From: a virus
Virus record (IMG/VR): IMGVR_UViG_3300050034_000187
Coordinates: 131,762 to 195,761 of that record
Length of the DNA stretch: 64,000 bases
Reading direction: 5' to 3' (one strand)
Made by a program: the position numbers and the translations under genes. The notes beneath the pieces are model-generated. The model had not been told where the DNA came from and ran no database searches. It saw only the letters and a program-made list of their open reading frames with translations. Shown here one piece after another: positions 9,675-19,069 of this stretch. How positions within the stretch are numbered: position 1 is the first letter of the stretch; every line of letters starts with the position of its first letter.

Positions 9675-9842
9675 ATGAATAATTCACAAAAGGTATGCGA
9701 GCATCGATGGAAATATTCTCTTGATTCTGCAAGTGATAGAGAAGTATTTTGTATTCATTGCGGGATGGTTGGAGAAGTTAACGATATAGAGCCACCAAAT
9801 AATCCAGATGATATTATTGACGTATTTTATCCAGCAAGTTGA
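9675..9842 (+). CDS. small Cys/His protein (leaderless)
   Basis: CEH…CIHC; TTGACA/TATAAT-6-ATG. Confidence 0.55.
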   Translation: MNNSQKVCEHRWKYSLDSASDREVFCIHCGMVGEVNDIEPPNNPDDIIDVFYPAS

Positions 9843-9855
9843 TGAAAGGAGCACA

Positions 9856-10134
9856 ATGATTGTTAATAAATTCAAGGCACTAAAAGCAGTAGAAGCTGCA
9901 AGAACTCGCTTAATTAAGTTTGTATTGTCTGAAAAAGAAGAGTTTATCAATAAGCTCTTATTGCATCCCCGTAAATATTTTTTCTTTTTTAATGGTGCCC
10001 CATATACCAAGGCGCAAGCGGGTGAGAAGTGGTATACTTCAGATAAATTCCTAGCAGCAATGCAAATGTACACGGAAGAAGTATATTTGGATTTTTCTGA
10101 ATACAAATTGTTGAGAACCTTTTTGGAGGCATGA
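9856..10134 (+). CDS. hypothetical protein
   Basis: AAGGAG SD. Confidence 0.55.
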   Translation: MIVNKFKALKAVEAARTRLIKFVLSEKEEFINKLLLHPRKYFFFFNGAPYTKAQAGEKWYTSDKFLAAMQMYTEEVYLDFSEYKLLRTFLEA

Positions 10135-10135
10135 T

Positions 10136-10333
10136 ATGACGACAATTAAAATTCAATTGGAGAAATGTACTAGCGGTGTTATTTCCTGCCCGTATTGCGA
10201 AGAATCCAGAACAATGGGTGCCGGTTATGCAATGGATTATCATTGCGGAAAGAATCATAAGGAAATTGCTCATTATGTTGAATTTAATTCTGAAATTCCT
10301 TCTGTTCCAACGTGGTGCCCCTGTAAAAGTTAA
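10136..10333 (+). CDS. small Cys-rich protein
   Basis: C…CPYC…C…PTWCP. Confidence 0.6.
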   Translation: MTTIKIQLEKCTSGVISCPYCEESRTMGAGYAMDYHCGKNHKEIAHYVEFNSEIPSVPTWCPCKS

Positions 10334-10343
10334 GAAAGGAAAT

Positions 10344-10517
10344 ATGATGAAAATCCCAGAAGAAGTATTTGATGATTCCCTTTTTGAAAAGAAGATTAAA
10401 CTTCAAAGTCTTAAAGTCGAGGAAGATCAATATACGTTATTGTATATGTGGATCAAACAAGGAGTGATTAGCAAAAAAGAGTTTATTTACCTGATTGAAC
10501 GGATTAATCATGATTGA
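10344..10517 (+). CDS. hypothetical protein
   Basis: AAGGA SD; LYMWIKQGVISKKEF. Confidence 0.5.
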   Translation: MMKIPEEVFDDSLFEKKIKLQSLKVEEDQYTLLYMWIKQGVISKKEFIYLIERINHD

Positions 10518-10737
10518 TTTCATTAAAAACTTTTGGCATAGTTATCACACTATTATTTTGTGGATTGTCGTTGAAATTGCATTATCTTATCTAATTGGAT
10601 TTGAATTTTGTCTGTGGTCACCAACTTCTATCTGCCCATGGTATGGGACTATAACTATATTTTGGACAATTGGTGCGGATATACTTTGGTTTCTGGTTGG
10701 ATGGGCTAAATTCATGGATTGGATTGATTTGAATTAA
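10510..10737 (+). CDS. small membrane protein
   Basis: Two TM-like segments. Confidence 0.55.
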   Translation: MIDFIKNFWHSYHTIILWIVVEIALSYLIGFEFCLWSPTSICPWYGTITIFWTIGADILWFLVGWAKFMDWIDLN

Positions 10738-10757
10738 CAAGTAACAAAAGGAGAAAA

Positions 10758-11018
10758 ATGGCAGTAGAACAATTAGGACCGAGTGAAGTACAAAAACTTC
10801 GGGAACTTTTGCAAGAAAGTTTAAAGGTACGGCAGGAATGTGATGATCTAAAATCATCCCTTTCTGAAACGATCTCGTGTATTTCTGAGGAGCTTTCTAT
10901 TCCAAAGAAATATATTAGCAAAGCAATTCAAATTGCTTATAAAGGGAAATTCAGCGATTCCGAGGAAGAGCTTGCGCAGATCGGTGAGATTCTTTCTAAG
11001 ACTGGCTTCAAGGATTAA
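10758..11018 (+). CDS. T4 DsbA-like dsDNA-binding protein (putative)
   Basis: 86-aa all-helical protein, ISEELSIPKKYISKAIQIAYK pattern. Confidence 0.45.
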   Translation: MAVEQLGPSEVQKLRELLQESLKVRQECDDLKSSLSETISCISEELSIPKKYISKAIQIAYKGKFSDSEEELAQIGEILSKTGFKD

Positions 11019-11077
11019 TTTTAATTGACATTTCCTCCGATGTTTGCTATTATATATTCATCGGAGGAAATACAAAA

Positions 11078-11329
11078 ATGATGTATCCTACTGTTCATTT
11101 AAACGGAACTTCGCAAAAGGATCTTCTAGGCCAATATTGTGAAATGGCGTATTCTCTGGGAAAAGCGTTGGATAAGATGCAAGAGAACGGTCCCCATGGG
11201 CGAGACTATTATCCGCAAGGAGATTCTGCTCTGTATAAGGCGCAGGATGAGCATCGGGATAGGTGCAATCGTCTATTGAAGATCAAGCAAGAGATTGAAG
11301 ATATCATGTATCATATCAACGATATTTAA
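11078..11329 (+). CDS. phage hypothetical protein
   Basis: PTVHLNGTS…PHGRDYYPQ; TTGACA promoter plus GGAGG. Confidence 0.65.
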   Translation: MMYPTVHLNGTSQKDLLGQYCEMAYSLGKALDKMQENGPHGRDYYPQGDSALYKAQDEHRDRCNRLLKIKQEIEDIMYHINDI

Positions 11330-11407
11330 AATAGTTGTTGACAGATTATAAAAGATCTGCTAATATAAAGTTGTAATTAAAAATGTATTACCACAAGGAG
11401 ATATATC

Positions 11408-11800
11408 ATGGCTAAGAGCAAGAATTTCGTAACATTTTCAGAGTTTCAAGAGTTTGCAAAGGCACAAAACATTCACAGCGTAACCGAGTTTCAAGCATTT
11501 CGCAAGGCAAATCCATCCTTCGCCCAAGGTGAAAAGAGCATTCCATCAAACCCACAGGTTGCTTATAATACCTCGTGGGCGGTTCTGTTGGGAAAGACTC
11601 CCCGCACAACTTATGGTAAGAATTTTGTTACCGTGGATGAATTTAAGCAATTCCTTGCTGAGAAGAGTATTAAGACCTCAACCGAATTTGTTAAGTTTTA
11701 TCATACAGCAGAGACTCGCCCGACCTTTGCAGAAAAGGATATTCCATCGAATCCAACACACACTTTAAAGACAAATTGGAAGAGTCTTCTTTCAGCATAA
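11408..11800 (+). CDS. two-repeat protein (integrase-repeat-like)
   Basis: Two units KNFVT..EF..F….I.S.TEF..F…IPSNP….W; strong promoter and terminator. Confidence 0.7.
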   Translation: MAKSKNFVTFSEFQEFAKAQNIHSVTEFQAFRKANPSFAQGEKSIPSNPQVAYNTSWAVLLGKTPRTTYGKNFVTVDEFKQFLAEKSIKTSTEFVKFYHTAETRPTFAEKDIPSNPTHTLKTNWKSLLSA

Positions 11801-11803
11801 AAT

Positions 11804-11830
11804 AGTGGGAGGAGAAAATCCTCCCATTTT
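11804..11830 (+). terminator. intrinsic terminator
   Basis: GTGGGAGGA-GAAAA-TCCTCCCAT-TTT. Confidence 0.7.
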
Positions 11831-11836
11831 AAATAT

Positions 11837-12013
11837 ATGAAAATTATTGGCGATAACGAAACTATATTTTATTTCGACGAACATAGAAAATTTCATAGAG
11901 AAGATGGCCCAGCTATAATTTTCAAAGATGGCATAACTGTGTGGTTTTTTCATGATAAATTATTAAATGAAGAAGGCCCAACTGTTTGTATTTGGAGGGA
12001 TAATGAAGAGTAA
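11837..12013 (+). CDS. small HREDGPA-motif protein
   Basis: Hand translation …FHREDGPAIIFKDGITVWFFHDK…; similar to 13102-13332. Confidence 0.55.
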   Translation: MKIIGDNETIFYFDEHRKFHREDGPAIIFKDGITVWFFHDKLLNEEGPTVCIWRDNEE

Positions 12014-12215
12014 GATCCAAACAATCAATGAAAGAAGGTATATGTTCGCAAAAGCTTAAAAACTATCCCTTCATCGGTTCTCTGCGCCGGAAAGAAACTT
12101 GCTATTGATATTTTGGTTGCAGATACTCCTTCTTTATTGGATATTCATGATGGGAATATTATGAGGCGCGGGAAAACTTTGGTATTTACAGATCCATGTT
12201 ATTAACGGAGAGTTT

Positions 12216-13142
12216 ATGAAGAAATTATTATTACTAGCACTTCTACAATCCCCATTCTTGCTCTCCCAAGGCCCCGCCAAGCCGTTGGTAGACACAACTC
12301 AGTATGTTACCTATACTACCTATTTGAGTGAGCCACAGGTGTTTGAAAATGCAAAAGAAGTCCCAACAGAACGGTTTCATTTATTCATGCCCGGAGTTGC
12401 TAAAGTTAATTTAAGTGATAAATTTGGAGAGAATGAAACTCCTAGATGGACGCTCACCGGAGAATTGCATCCAGCATGGCTTATTAAAGATACCAAACCA
12501 TATCGAGAATATATTAGTATACGAGGATATGTTGATTTAGATAATGAATTAAATGCTAATCCAAATTCCATTAATCTAAGTATTCAAACAAATCTAAGAA
12601 ATACTTCCTCGTTGAATAGACGATATTTTCGTGATCCAGAACTTAATTCAGATATAGTTGGATTTGAATATGATTATTCTCTTCATAATTTAAATTATAT
12701 TTCTGGGGCAGATATTTTAGAACCATTTATTGTTTTACATTCGGGAATGATTTTAATAAAAGGCGGAGCGGGAATGGTGGCGGGTCATCGAATTAAAGAA
12801 AATGATAAAACTAACTCCGATCCTATTTTAAGAATGACTATTCGAGGGCAAGTGGCATATCAAACCAATGATGGATTTTCAATTACTGCAAAATTAAAAA
12901 GTGCATTGCCATTCTATGATGAGCCAGAAACTATTGAAGTGAGTACTACTAAGAAGCCGACAATTACTTATAGTACAACTCCAAGACATTATTTTACGAT
13001 GGTGCTTGCCAAGAAAATGAATGCCTATGCCGCCATGTCTATTCAAGGAAACTGGGGAGAACTTCCCCCTAGTTTTTGGAATGTTAAACCAAATGTAACA
13101 ATTGGTATTCTACTTACTAGCGGAGGAAACAAAAGTGAATAG
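12216..13142 (+). CDS. secreted beta-rich (outer-membrane-like) protein
   Basis: MKKLLLLALL signal peptide; alternating beta-strand pattern. Confidence 0.6.
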   Translation: MKKLLLLALLQSPFLLSQGPAKPLVDTTQYVTYTTYLSEPQVFENAKEVPTERFHLFMPGVAKVNLSDKFGENETPRWTLTGELHPAWLIKDTKPYREYISIRGYVDLDNELNANPNSINLSIQTNLRNTSSLNRRYFRDPELNSDIVGFEYDYSLHNLNYISGADILEPFIVLHSGMILIKGGAGMVAGHRIKENDKTNSDPILRMTIRGQVAYQTNDGFSITAKLKSALPFYDEPETIEVSTTKKPTITYSTTPRHYFTMVLAKKMNAYAAMSIQGNWGELPPSFWNVKPNVTIGILLTSGGNKSE

Positions 13143-13332
13143 CGGAAAATGGTCCAGAGATTCTGAAGGGAATACGTTTCATAAAGACTTATTTGGAAGA
13201 TTGCATAATGAAATTTATCCAGCAGTTATCACAAATATAAGAAAATATTTCTTTTTTCATGGGCAGCAATTGATGTTGGAAGGCCCATCTGTATCAAGTT
13301 GGAAAGATAAAGAACATTTGAAAAGTAATTAA
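13102..13332 (+). CDS. small LHNEIYPAVI-motif protein (start probably GTG 13135)
   Basis: Paralog-like to 11837. Confidence 0.45.
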   Translation: MVFYLLAEETKVNSGKWSRDSEGNTFHKDLFGRLHNEIYPAVITNIRKYFFFHGQQLMLEGPSVSSWKDKEHLKSN

Positions 13333-13352
13333 AATAAGGATAAACTATATCT

Positions 13353-14990
13353 ATGTCATATATAAGTGCATTTCACGATAAGAAAAAAGAAGTTATTCAC
13401 GTAGTGGAAAGGGATCAAGAAGGTAATCGAGTTTATAAAGATTATGTTCCTGATTATTCTTTCTATGTTTCAGATGATAACGGTTCATATAAAACTATTT
13501 TTCAAAATAGAGTCAAAAAGATTATTCCTAAAAATTCCGCAGATTTTCATAAGTATCTTAATATGTATAAAGGTAAAAAGACTCTATGGGAATCTGATCT
13601 AAATTTAGTATATAAGTGTTTGGCAGAGAATTATAGGAATGCTCCGCTTCCTCCCCTTCATATAGCATTCCTTGATATTGAAGCAGATTTTTCACAAGAA
13701 CGCGGGTTTGCTCCAATTGAAGATCCATTTAATCAAATCACGGCAATTACGGTTTACTTATCTTGGCTAGATGAATTAATAACTCTTGCAATTCCTCCCA
13801 AAACACTCAGTAAAGATGAAGCAAATAAAATTGCATCTGAATTTGAAAATACTCTATTATTTGATAATGATGCAGATTTATTAAATGCATTTGTTATTTT
13901 GATAGAAGATGCCGACGTATTAACAAATTGGAATGGCGATGCCTACGATATTCCATATATCATTAATAGAACCAAAAGAGTATTATCAACCAATGATACT
14001 CGCAAAATGTGTTTATGGGATCAATTACCCGCAGAAAAAACAGCGGTAAGTTTTAATAATGAATATCTAACTTATGAATTAGTTGGAAGAGTACAACTTG
14101 ATTTATTGAAATTATATCAGAAGTTTACTTATGAAGAACGACGATCATATTCGTTGGATTCTATTGGAGAATATGAATTAGATGAACATAAGACTTCTTA
14201 TGAAGGAAACTTGGATCAGTTATATAATAATGATTTCAAGTTATTCATTCAATATAACCGCCAAGATGTTATGCTTATTAAAAAACTAGAAGATAAATTG
14301 AAGCTGATTTCTTTGGCTAATGCTCTTGCTCATGAAAATACGGTTCTATTGCCGAATGCATTGGGAACCGTTGCAATGATTGATCAAGCAATTATTAATA
14401 GAGCGCACGATTTGGTATTAGTTGTTCCTAATAAAAAGCATAGCAAAGAAGAAGTTATTGCGGCTGGCGCATATGTTGCTGATCCAATTGTTGGGATACA
14501 TTCTTACGTAGGCAGCACAGATATTAACTCGCTCTATCCATCGGATATTCGAGCATTGAATATGAGCATTGATACATTGATTGGAACTATTGTCCCGATA
14601 TATACCAAAAAGATGTTGGAAGAAAAATCTTCTCAGGGAAAATCCAGCGCAGAATGTTGGGAAAAAGTTTTTGGTTCTTTGGAATATCAAGGAATTATGA
14701 AGCAAGATGAAAATATGGAATTGGATATTCAATGGGAGCATTCTGATCAAGTAACTCATTGTACTGCAAATGATGCCTATAATCTTATTTTTAATTCAGG
14801 AAACAATTGGATTTTATCTGGCAATGGTATTATTTTCACCAAAGAAAAAAAAGGAATTATTCCAGAACTTCTTGCTGATTGGTATAATGAACGAAAAAAA
14901 ATGCAAAAGGAAATGAGGTCATTGGATGCTATCAATCATGGTATCGAAATACCCAATGATTTATTTGAAAATATAGAAAAACTATTATGA
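13353..14990 (+). CDS. gp43A: DNA polymerase family B, N-terminal subunit (exonuclease plus motif A)
   Basis: ExoI FLDIEAD, ExoII WNGDAYDIPY, ExoIII YNRQDV, motif A DINSLYPS, GIIPELL..W..ERK; stops in the fingers domain. Confidence 0.92.
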   Translation: MSYISAFHDKKKEVIHVVERDQEGNRVYKDYVPDYSFYVSDDNGSYKTIFQNRVKKIIPKNSADFHKYLNMYKGKKTLWESDLNLVYKCLAENYRNAPLPPLHIAFLDIEADFSQERGFAPIEDPFNQITAITVYLSWLDELITLAIPPKTLSKDEANKIASEFENTLLFDNDADLLNAFVILIEDADVLTNWNGDAYDIPYIINRTKRVLSTNDTRKMCLWDQLPAEKTAVSFNNEYLTYELVGRVQLDLLKLYQKFTYEERRSYSLDSIGEYELDEHKTSYEGNLDQLYNNDFKLFIQYNRQDVMLIKKLEDKLKLISLANALAHENTVLLPNALGTVAMIDQAIINRAHDLVLVVPNKKHSKEEVIAAGAYVADPIVGIHSYVGSTDINSLYPSDIRALNMSIDTLIGTIVPIYTKKMLEEKSSQGKSSAECWEKVFGSLEYQGIMKQDENMELDIQWEHSDQVTHCTANDAYNLIFNSGNNWILSGNGIIFTKEKKGIIPELLADWYNERKKMQKEMRSLDAINHGIEIPNDLFENIEKLL

Positions 14991-15000
14991 AAATAGTAGA

Positions 15001-15046
15001 GTGAGTCTCCGTATAATGTATTAATAAATACTCGAAGGAGACTTAC
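15001..15046 (+). promoter_or_regulatory. RBS-sequestering hairpin with internal late promoter
   Basis: GTGAGTCTCC pairs with GGAGACTTAC (contains the SD); TAAATA lies between the arms. Confidence 0.7.
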
Positions 15047-16243
15047 ATGGATCGCATAGAAATTGAAAAGAAGTTTAGGGAAACTTATACTATAAAAAGT
15101 GAGTTGCATTTTAACAGATATTTGAATTATTTTGAAAAATATTTTTATTCATTTGAAAAATATAGAGTTAATTGTATTATGGAAAAGCATCATATATTCC
15201 CGGTGTCGTTATTTCCTGAATATAAAAAAGAAAAATGGAATAAAGTAAAGATTTCTGCAAGAGAGCATTTCTTACTTCATTTTCTATTGTATAAAGCTAT
15301 TAAAAGTAGTAGCATGGTATATGCGTTTAATCAAATGCGAAGATATTTAAAAACATCTTCCTGCCAATATGCATGGTTATATGTTAAACATAGAGAAGAG
15401 ATTTGTAAAATAATTTCCAAATGTAATACTGGAAGAATTAGAACAGAAGAGCAAAAGTTGGCAATGTCTATTTCTCGAAAGGGAATGATGGCTTGGAAAA
15501 ATTTGGAAACTGGAGAAACTTGTTATGCTCTACATGGAAGTTTAAAATATCCATGGGTGCATATCTGTACTGGAAATAAGCATAGCGAAAATACAAAGAA
15601 ACAAATTGGAGAATCGCAAAAAGGAAAATTGTGGCAATATAATCCAGCGACCGGGGAAATTCGGCAAGAGTATGAATTACTAGATGGATTTGTTTGGGGA
15701 ATGAGTCCAGAATTAAAAAAGCACAATAGTTTGCATATACAAAAACGAATTGTAGATTCTCTCTGGGTTATCAAAGATGGCAAAGAACTTAGAGTTAAAT
15801 CTGGAGATATTACCGACGATATGACTGTTGGAAGATTACCGGATACTGCTGAAGTTGGATTATCAATCATGAACAATAAGGATTATAAAAAATTACTTAA
15901 TTTGAAAACAAAGCAATATGAACTTGTTCTTATGAAAACTAGCAAGCCATGGCAAATCCCAGCCGGAGCAAAATTATCCACTCTTTATATTTTTGAATAT
16001 AAAGGAATTTATTCTGCTAGCGCTAACCAAATGTGGAAATGTTTTTCATACTTGCCAATAAAAAATGGAAAAAAAGATTTATCATTGATGAATAAATTAA
16101 TTCCAAAGCCAAGACCAAATTGGTCCAAAGAACGAAATGAGTTTTATACCAAATACCACGGAGAGACATTGCATGAGGTTGGATTTCATGTAATTCCATT
16201 AAAAGATTATACGTTTAGTGAGGAACATATATGGCTGAAATAG
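15047..16243 (+). CDS. free-standing HNH homing endonuclease
   Basis: EKHHIFP…WNKVKISAREHFLLH HNH core; NUMOD3-like HSENTKKQIGESQKG. Confidence 0.85.
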   Translation: MDRIEIEKKFRETYTIKSELHFNRYLNYFEKYFYSFEKYRVNCIMEKHHIFPVSLFPEYKKEKWNKVKISAREHFLLHFLLYKAIKSSSMVYAFNQMRRYLKTSSCQYAWLYVKHREEICKIISKCNTGRIRTEEQKLAMSISRKGMMAWKNLETGETCYALHGSLKYPWVHICTGNKHSENTKKQIGESQKGKLWQYNPATGEIRQEYELLDGFVWGMSPELKKHNSLHIQKRIVDSLWVIKDGKELRVKSGDITDDMTVGRLPDTAEVGLSIMNNKDYKKLLNLKTKQYELVLMKTSKPWQIPAGAKLSTLYIFEYKGIYSASANQMWKCFSYLPIKNGKKDLSLMNKLIPKPRPNWSKERNEFYTKYHGETLHEVGFHVIPLKDYTFSEEHIWLK

Positions 16244-17454
16244 CAGAGAAATTGAAAGATCTAATTGAGTGCGGAGATGTTAAAAAGATTTCTGTATTCA
16301 TGAAAGATAATAATCTAATTTTAGATAAAAAACACAAAACTATTACATATGCAAATAATAATGACATAGCTAAAAAGGTTGAATTTTTAGATCAGAGTCA
16401 GCATGTAAGAAAAATCAAGATGAACAGCTTATTTGGTTCGGAATTAAATTTAGCATCTAGATTTAATGATCATAGAATTGGCCAATCTATTACTTTATCT
16501 GGTAGATTAATTGTGAAGCATATGTCTGCCTATATTAATCAGTTATTGACTGGAAAATATGATTATGTTGGTGAAACTATATTATACAATGACACGGATA
16601 GTGCATACTTTACTATTTGGCCTATTATCAAAAATAAAGTAGAATCTGGAGAAATGGAATGGAATGCTGATATTGCTATAAAACTATATAATGAAATTGC
16701 AGAAAAGGTGAATAATAATTTTCCATCTTTTATGAAATCGGCATTTAATTGTTCACTGGAAGATGGTGCTATTATTAAGTGCGGGCGTGAGATAGTTGCA
16801 TCCAAGATGTTGTTGATTGTTAAAAAAAGATATGCAGCAATGATGGTAGACAAAGATGGTATTCGTTATGATGTAGATGGAAAGCCCGGTAAAATGAAAG
16901 TTATGGGATTGGATCTACGTAGATCAGATACTCCCGCAATTGTTCAAAAGTTCCTTAAAGATACTTTGTTAGAAGTTCTTACTTCCAATGATGAGAATGT
17001 TATTGTGGAGAAGATCAAAGCATTCAAGAAAACATTTAAGAATCTTCCACCGTGGGAAATGGGATCGCCAAAAAGAGGGAACCGACTTACGTTTTATAAA
17101 GAGTTGATTAAGGAAGGCAAAGGAAATAGAACTCCGGGACATGTTCGCGGAGCACTAAATTGGAATAAATTATGTGATCAACATCATGATAAGATGACGG
17201 GAAGAATTGCAGATGGAATGAAATTGGTGGTTGTTCCATTAAAAGAAAATAATATGGGAATGAAATCCATTGCTTATCCAACTGATGAAAAGAGATTACC
17301 AGAATGGTTTAAGAAATTACCGTTTGATACCGCATCTATGATGAAAACCGTTGTTGAAAAACGAATTGAAAATCTATTAAGTAAACTTCCTAATTGGAAA
17401 AGTATTGAAAGACGTACTCAACAAGAAACTGGATTGGATGCATTTTTCATTTGA
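16231..17454 (+). CDS. gp43B: DNA polymerase family B, C-terminal subunit
   Basis: Motif B KIKMNSLFG, SITLSG, motif C YNDTDS, KKRYA, MGLDLRRSDTP; terminal LDAFFI resembles the T4 clamp-binding peptide; GAGG SD. Confidence 0.92.
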   Translation: MAEIAEKLKDLIECGDVKKISVFMKDNNLILDKKHKTITYANNNDIAKKVEFLDQSQHVRKIKMNSLFGSELNLASRFNDHRIGQSITLSGRLIVKHMSAYINQLLTGKYDYVGETILYNDTDSAYFTIWPIIKNKVESGEMEWNADIAIKLYNEIAEKVNNNFPSFMKSAFNCSLEDGAIIKCGREIVASKMLLIVKKRYAAMMVDKDGIRYDVDGKPGKMKVMGLDLRRSDTPAIVQKFLKDTLLEVLTSNDENVIVEKIKAFKKTFKNLPPWEMGSPKRGNRLTFYKELIKEGKGNRTPGHVRGALNWNKLCDQHHDKMTGRIADGMKLVVVPLKENNMGMKSIAYPTDEKRLPEWFKKLPFDTASMMKTVVEKRIENLLSKLPNWKSIERRTQQETGLDAFFI

Positions 17455-17497
17455 CATTAATATCCTCTTCTGTTATCATATGGAAGAGGATATTTTC

Positions 17498-17725
17498 ATG
17501 CATCTAGATAAACTTGGCAATGAACTTCAAGTCGGGGATTATATTAAAGAATATTATCCTTTTTGCGGTTCTAATAATACAGAAGGAATTATTACTAGGT
17601 TTGATCGAACCGGTTCCGGGAAAGATATTGCTAGATATAGCGAAACGAGCGGAGATTATGCATATTTAGATCATTCTGAGAAGCAGTCTGAAGAAGATAG
17701 AATTCAATATATAATGGAGAGATAA
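17498..17725 (+). CDS. C-terminal-tag family
   Basis: DKLGNELQVGDYI…QSEEDRIQYIMER; TTGACA promoter at 17451. Confidence 0.8.
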   Translation: MHLDKLGNELQVGDYIKEYYPFCGSNNTEGIITRFDRTGSGKDIARYSETSGDYAYLDHSEKQSEEDRIQYIMER

Positions 17726-18162
17726 TGGAATATAAATGTAGAAATGGATTTATGAATATTGGTGACTGGATGGGAACCTTGGGATCATCCTATTATGATG
17801 CGGGTGGGCAAGTCGTGGATTTTTGCTGGAAGTATGGTCCATTGTATGCCGATATTCAAGATCTACGAGGAACCGTATATTGGAGTAATATATATTTTTC
17901 TAACTTATGGAAATTTGAAAATAAAGTAGAATTCGATAATTGGAAAAATAATAGGATGCCGGAGTCATTTGACTTGAATGGAATGACTTTTAAAATTGGA
18001 GATTATTTTTCTCAGGGAGAAGTAGTGGGAAAGAAAATTGATATTATTTATCTGCTTCCAGATAAATCGTATGCAATAGGTCACGCAATTCCATTTAATA
18101 TAGATAATTCTGTTAGAAGGGCAACAGACGAAGAAATATTGCAATATACAATGGAGCAATAA
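17725..18162 (+). CDS. C-terminal-tag family (two domains)
   Basis: Two IGD-type units; ends ATDEEILQYTMEQ. Confidence 0.8.
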   Translation: MEYKCRNGFMNIGDWMGTLGSSYYDAGGQVVDFCWKYGPLYADIQDLRGTVYWSNIYFSNLWKFENKVEFDNWKNNRMPESFDLNGMTFKIGDYFSQGEVVGKKIDIIYLLPDKSYAIGHAIPFNIDNSVRRATDEEILQYTMEQ

Positions 18163-18163
18163 T

Positions 18164-18394
18164 ATGAATTATAAAGTTGGAGAGTATTATACTTTGATGA
18201 ATCCAGCTAGACAGCGGGATGATAGAATATGGGAAATTGTTAATATAAATGGCACTCGCGTTTATATTAAATTAGTAATGATTGGCGGCGGAATGGTAAG
18301 TTGGGGGACTTCTCAAAGAGTATCAATAAAATATATGAATAGGTATGAATTGATTTCAAAAGAAGAAGTTATGCAAGAAATCATGGAAAAATAA
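18164..18394 (+). CDS. C-terminal-tag family
   Basis: YKVGEYY…ISKEEVMQEIMEK. Confidence 0.8.
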   Translation: MNYKVGEYYTLMNPARQRDDRIWEIVNINGTRVYIKLVMIGGGMVSWGTSQRVSIKYMNRYELISKEEVMQEIMEK

Positions 18395-18395
18395 T

Positions 18396-18596
18396 ATGGG
18401 AAGAAATAATATTCAATTACATGTTGGCGACTATGTTATGGAAACCTTTTGTGGAAGAATAATTGATATTGGGAGGTTAAGCAGCATTGATACCAGAGAC
18501 GGTGGTATTGGATTTTGCGGTAAGCAGATTGTAATATTGGGGATGACAGAAAAAATAAGCGAAGAAGAATATCTACAATATGTTATGGAGAGATAA
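18396..18596 (+). CDS. C-terminal-tag family
   Basis: LHVGDYV…ISEEEYLQYVMER. Confidence 0.8.
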   Translation: MGRNNIQLHVGDYVMETFCGRIIDIGRLSSIDTRDGGIGFCGKQIVILGMTEKISEEEYLQYVMER

Positions 18597-18833
18597 ATGA
18601 GACATAGATGTCAAAATGGATTAATTGGCGTGGGAGATTATGTAGTAATTCGCAAAACGCATGGATTCGGCCATGGGAAAGTGACTGGATTTTCTCAAGC
18701 AAGCAGCCTATGGGGACATGCATGGAAAGCTACGATAGAAGGTTATGATAAACCAAACAATTGGGGATTCTGCTGTCTTGCAAAAAAATTTAATAGTGAC
18801 GAGGAAATTATACAATTTATTATGGAGCAATGA
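18597..18833 (+). CDS. C-terminal-tag family
   Basis: VGDYV…NSDEEIIQFIMEQ. Confidence 0.8.
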   Translation: MRHRCQNGLIGVGDYVVIRKTHGFGHGKVTGFSQASSLWGHAWKATIEGYDKPNNWGFCCLAKKFNSDEEIIQFIMEQ

Positions 18834-18834
18834 T

Positions 18835-19068
18835 ATGAAATTTAAAGTAGATGATTTAATTCGTGATGATAATGATATTAGCAGAATATGGAAAATTATC
18901 GGAGTATATCCAATGGATAAATCTTATAATACTATTCTATATATGCTGTCGGGACATATGATTGCATGGGGAGAAGATTATCCACAAAACGTATTGGCGT
19001 CCTTTCTCGAAGAAGATTTTAATGTATTGTCCAATGAAGAAATTATGCAATATATTATGGAGCAATAA
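18835..19068 (+). CDS. C-terminal-tag family
   Basis: MKFKVDDLI…LSNEEIMQYIMEQ. Confidence 0.8.
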   Translation: MKFKVDDLIRDDNDISRIWKIIGVYPMDKSYNTILYMLSGHMIAWGEDYPQNVLASFLEEDFNVLSNEEIMQYIMEQ

Positions 19069-19069
19069 T

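Noticed and set aside
14991-16243. Group I intron or intein in the polymerase
   Set aside because: Only 56 non-coding nt, part B has its own SD/ATG overlapping the HNH end, there is a stop after part A, and no intein termini. Not formally excluded without a covariance search.
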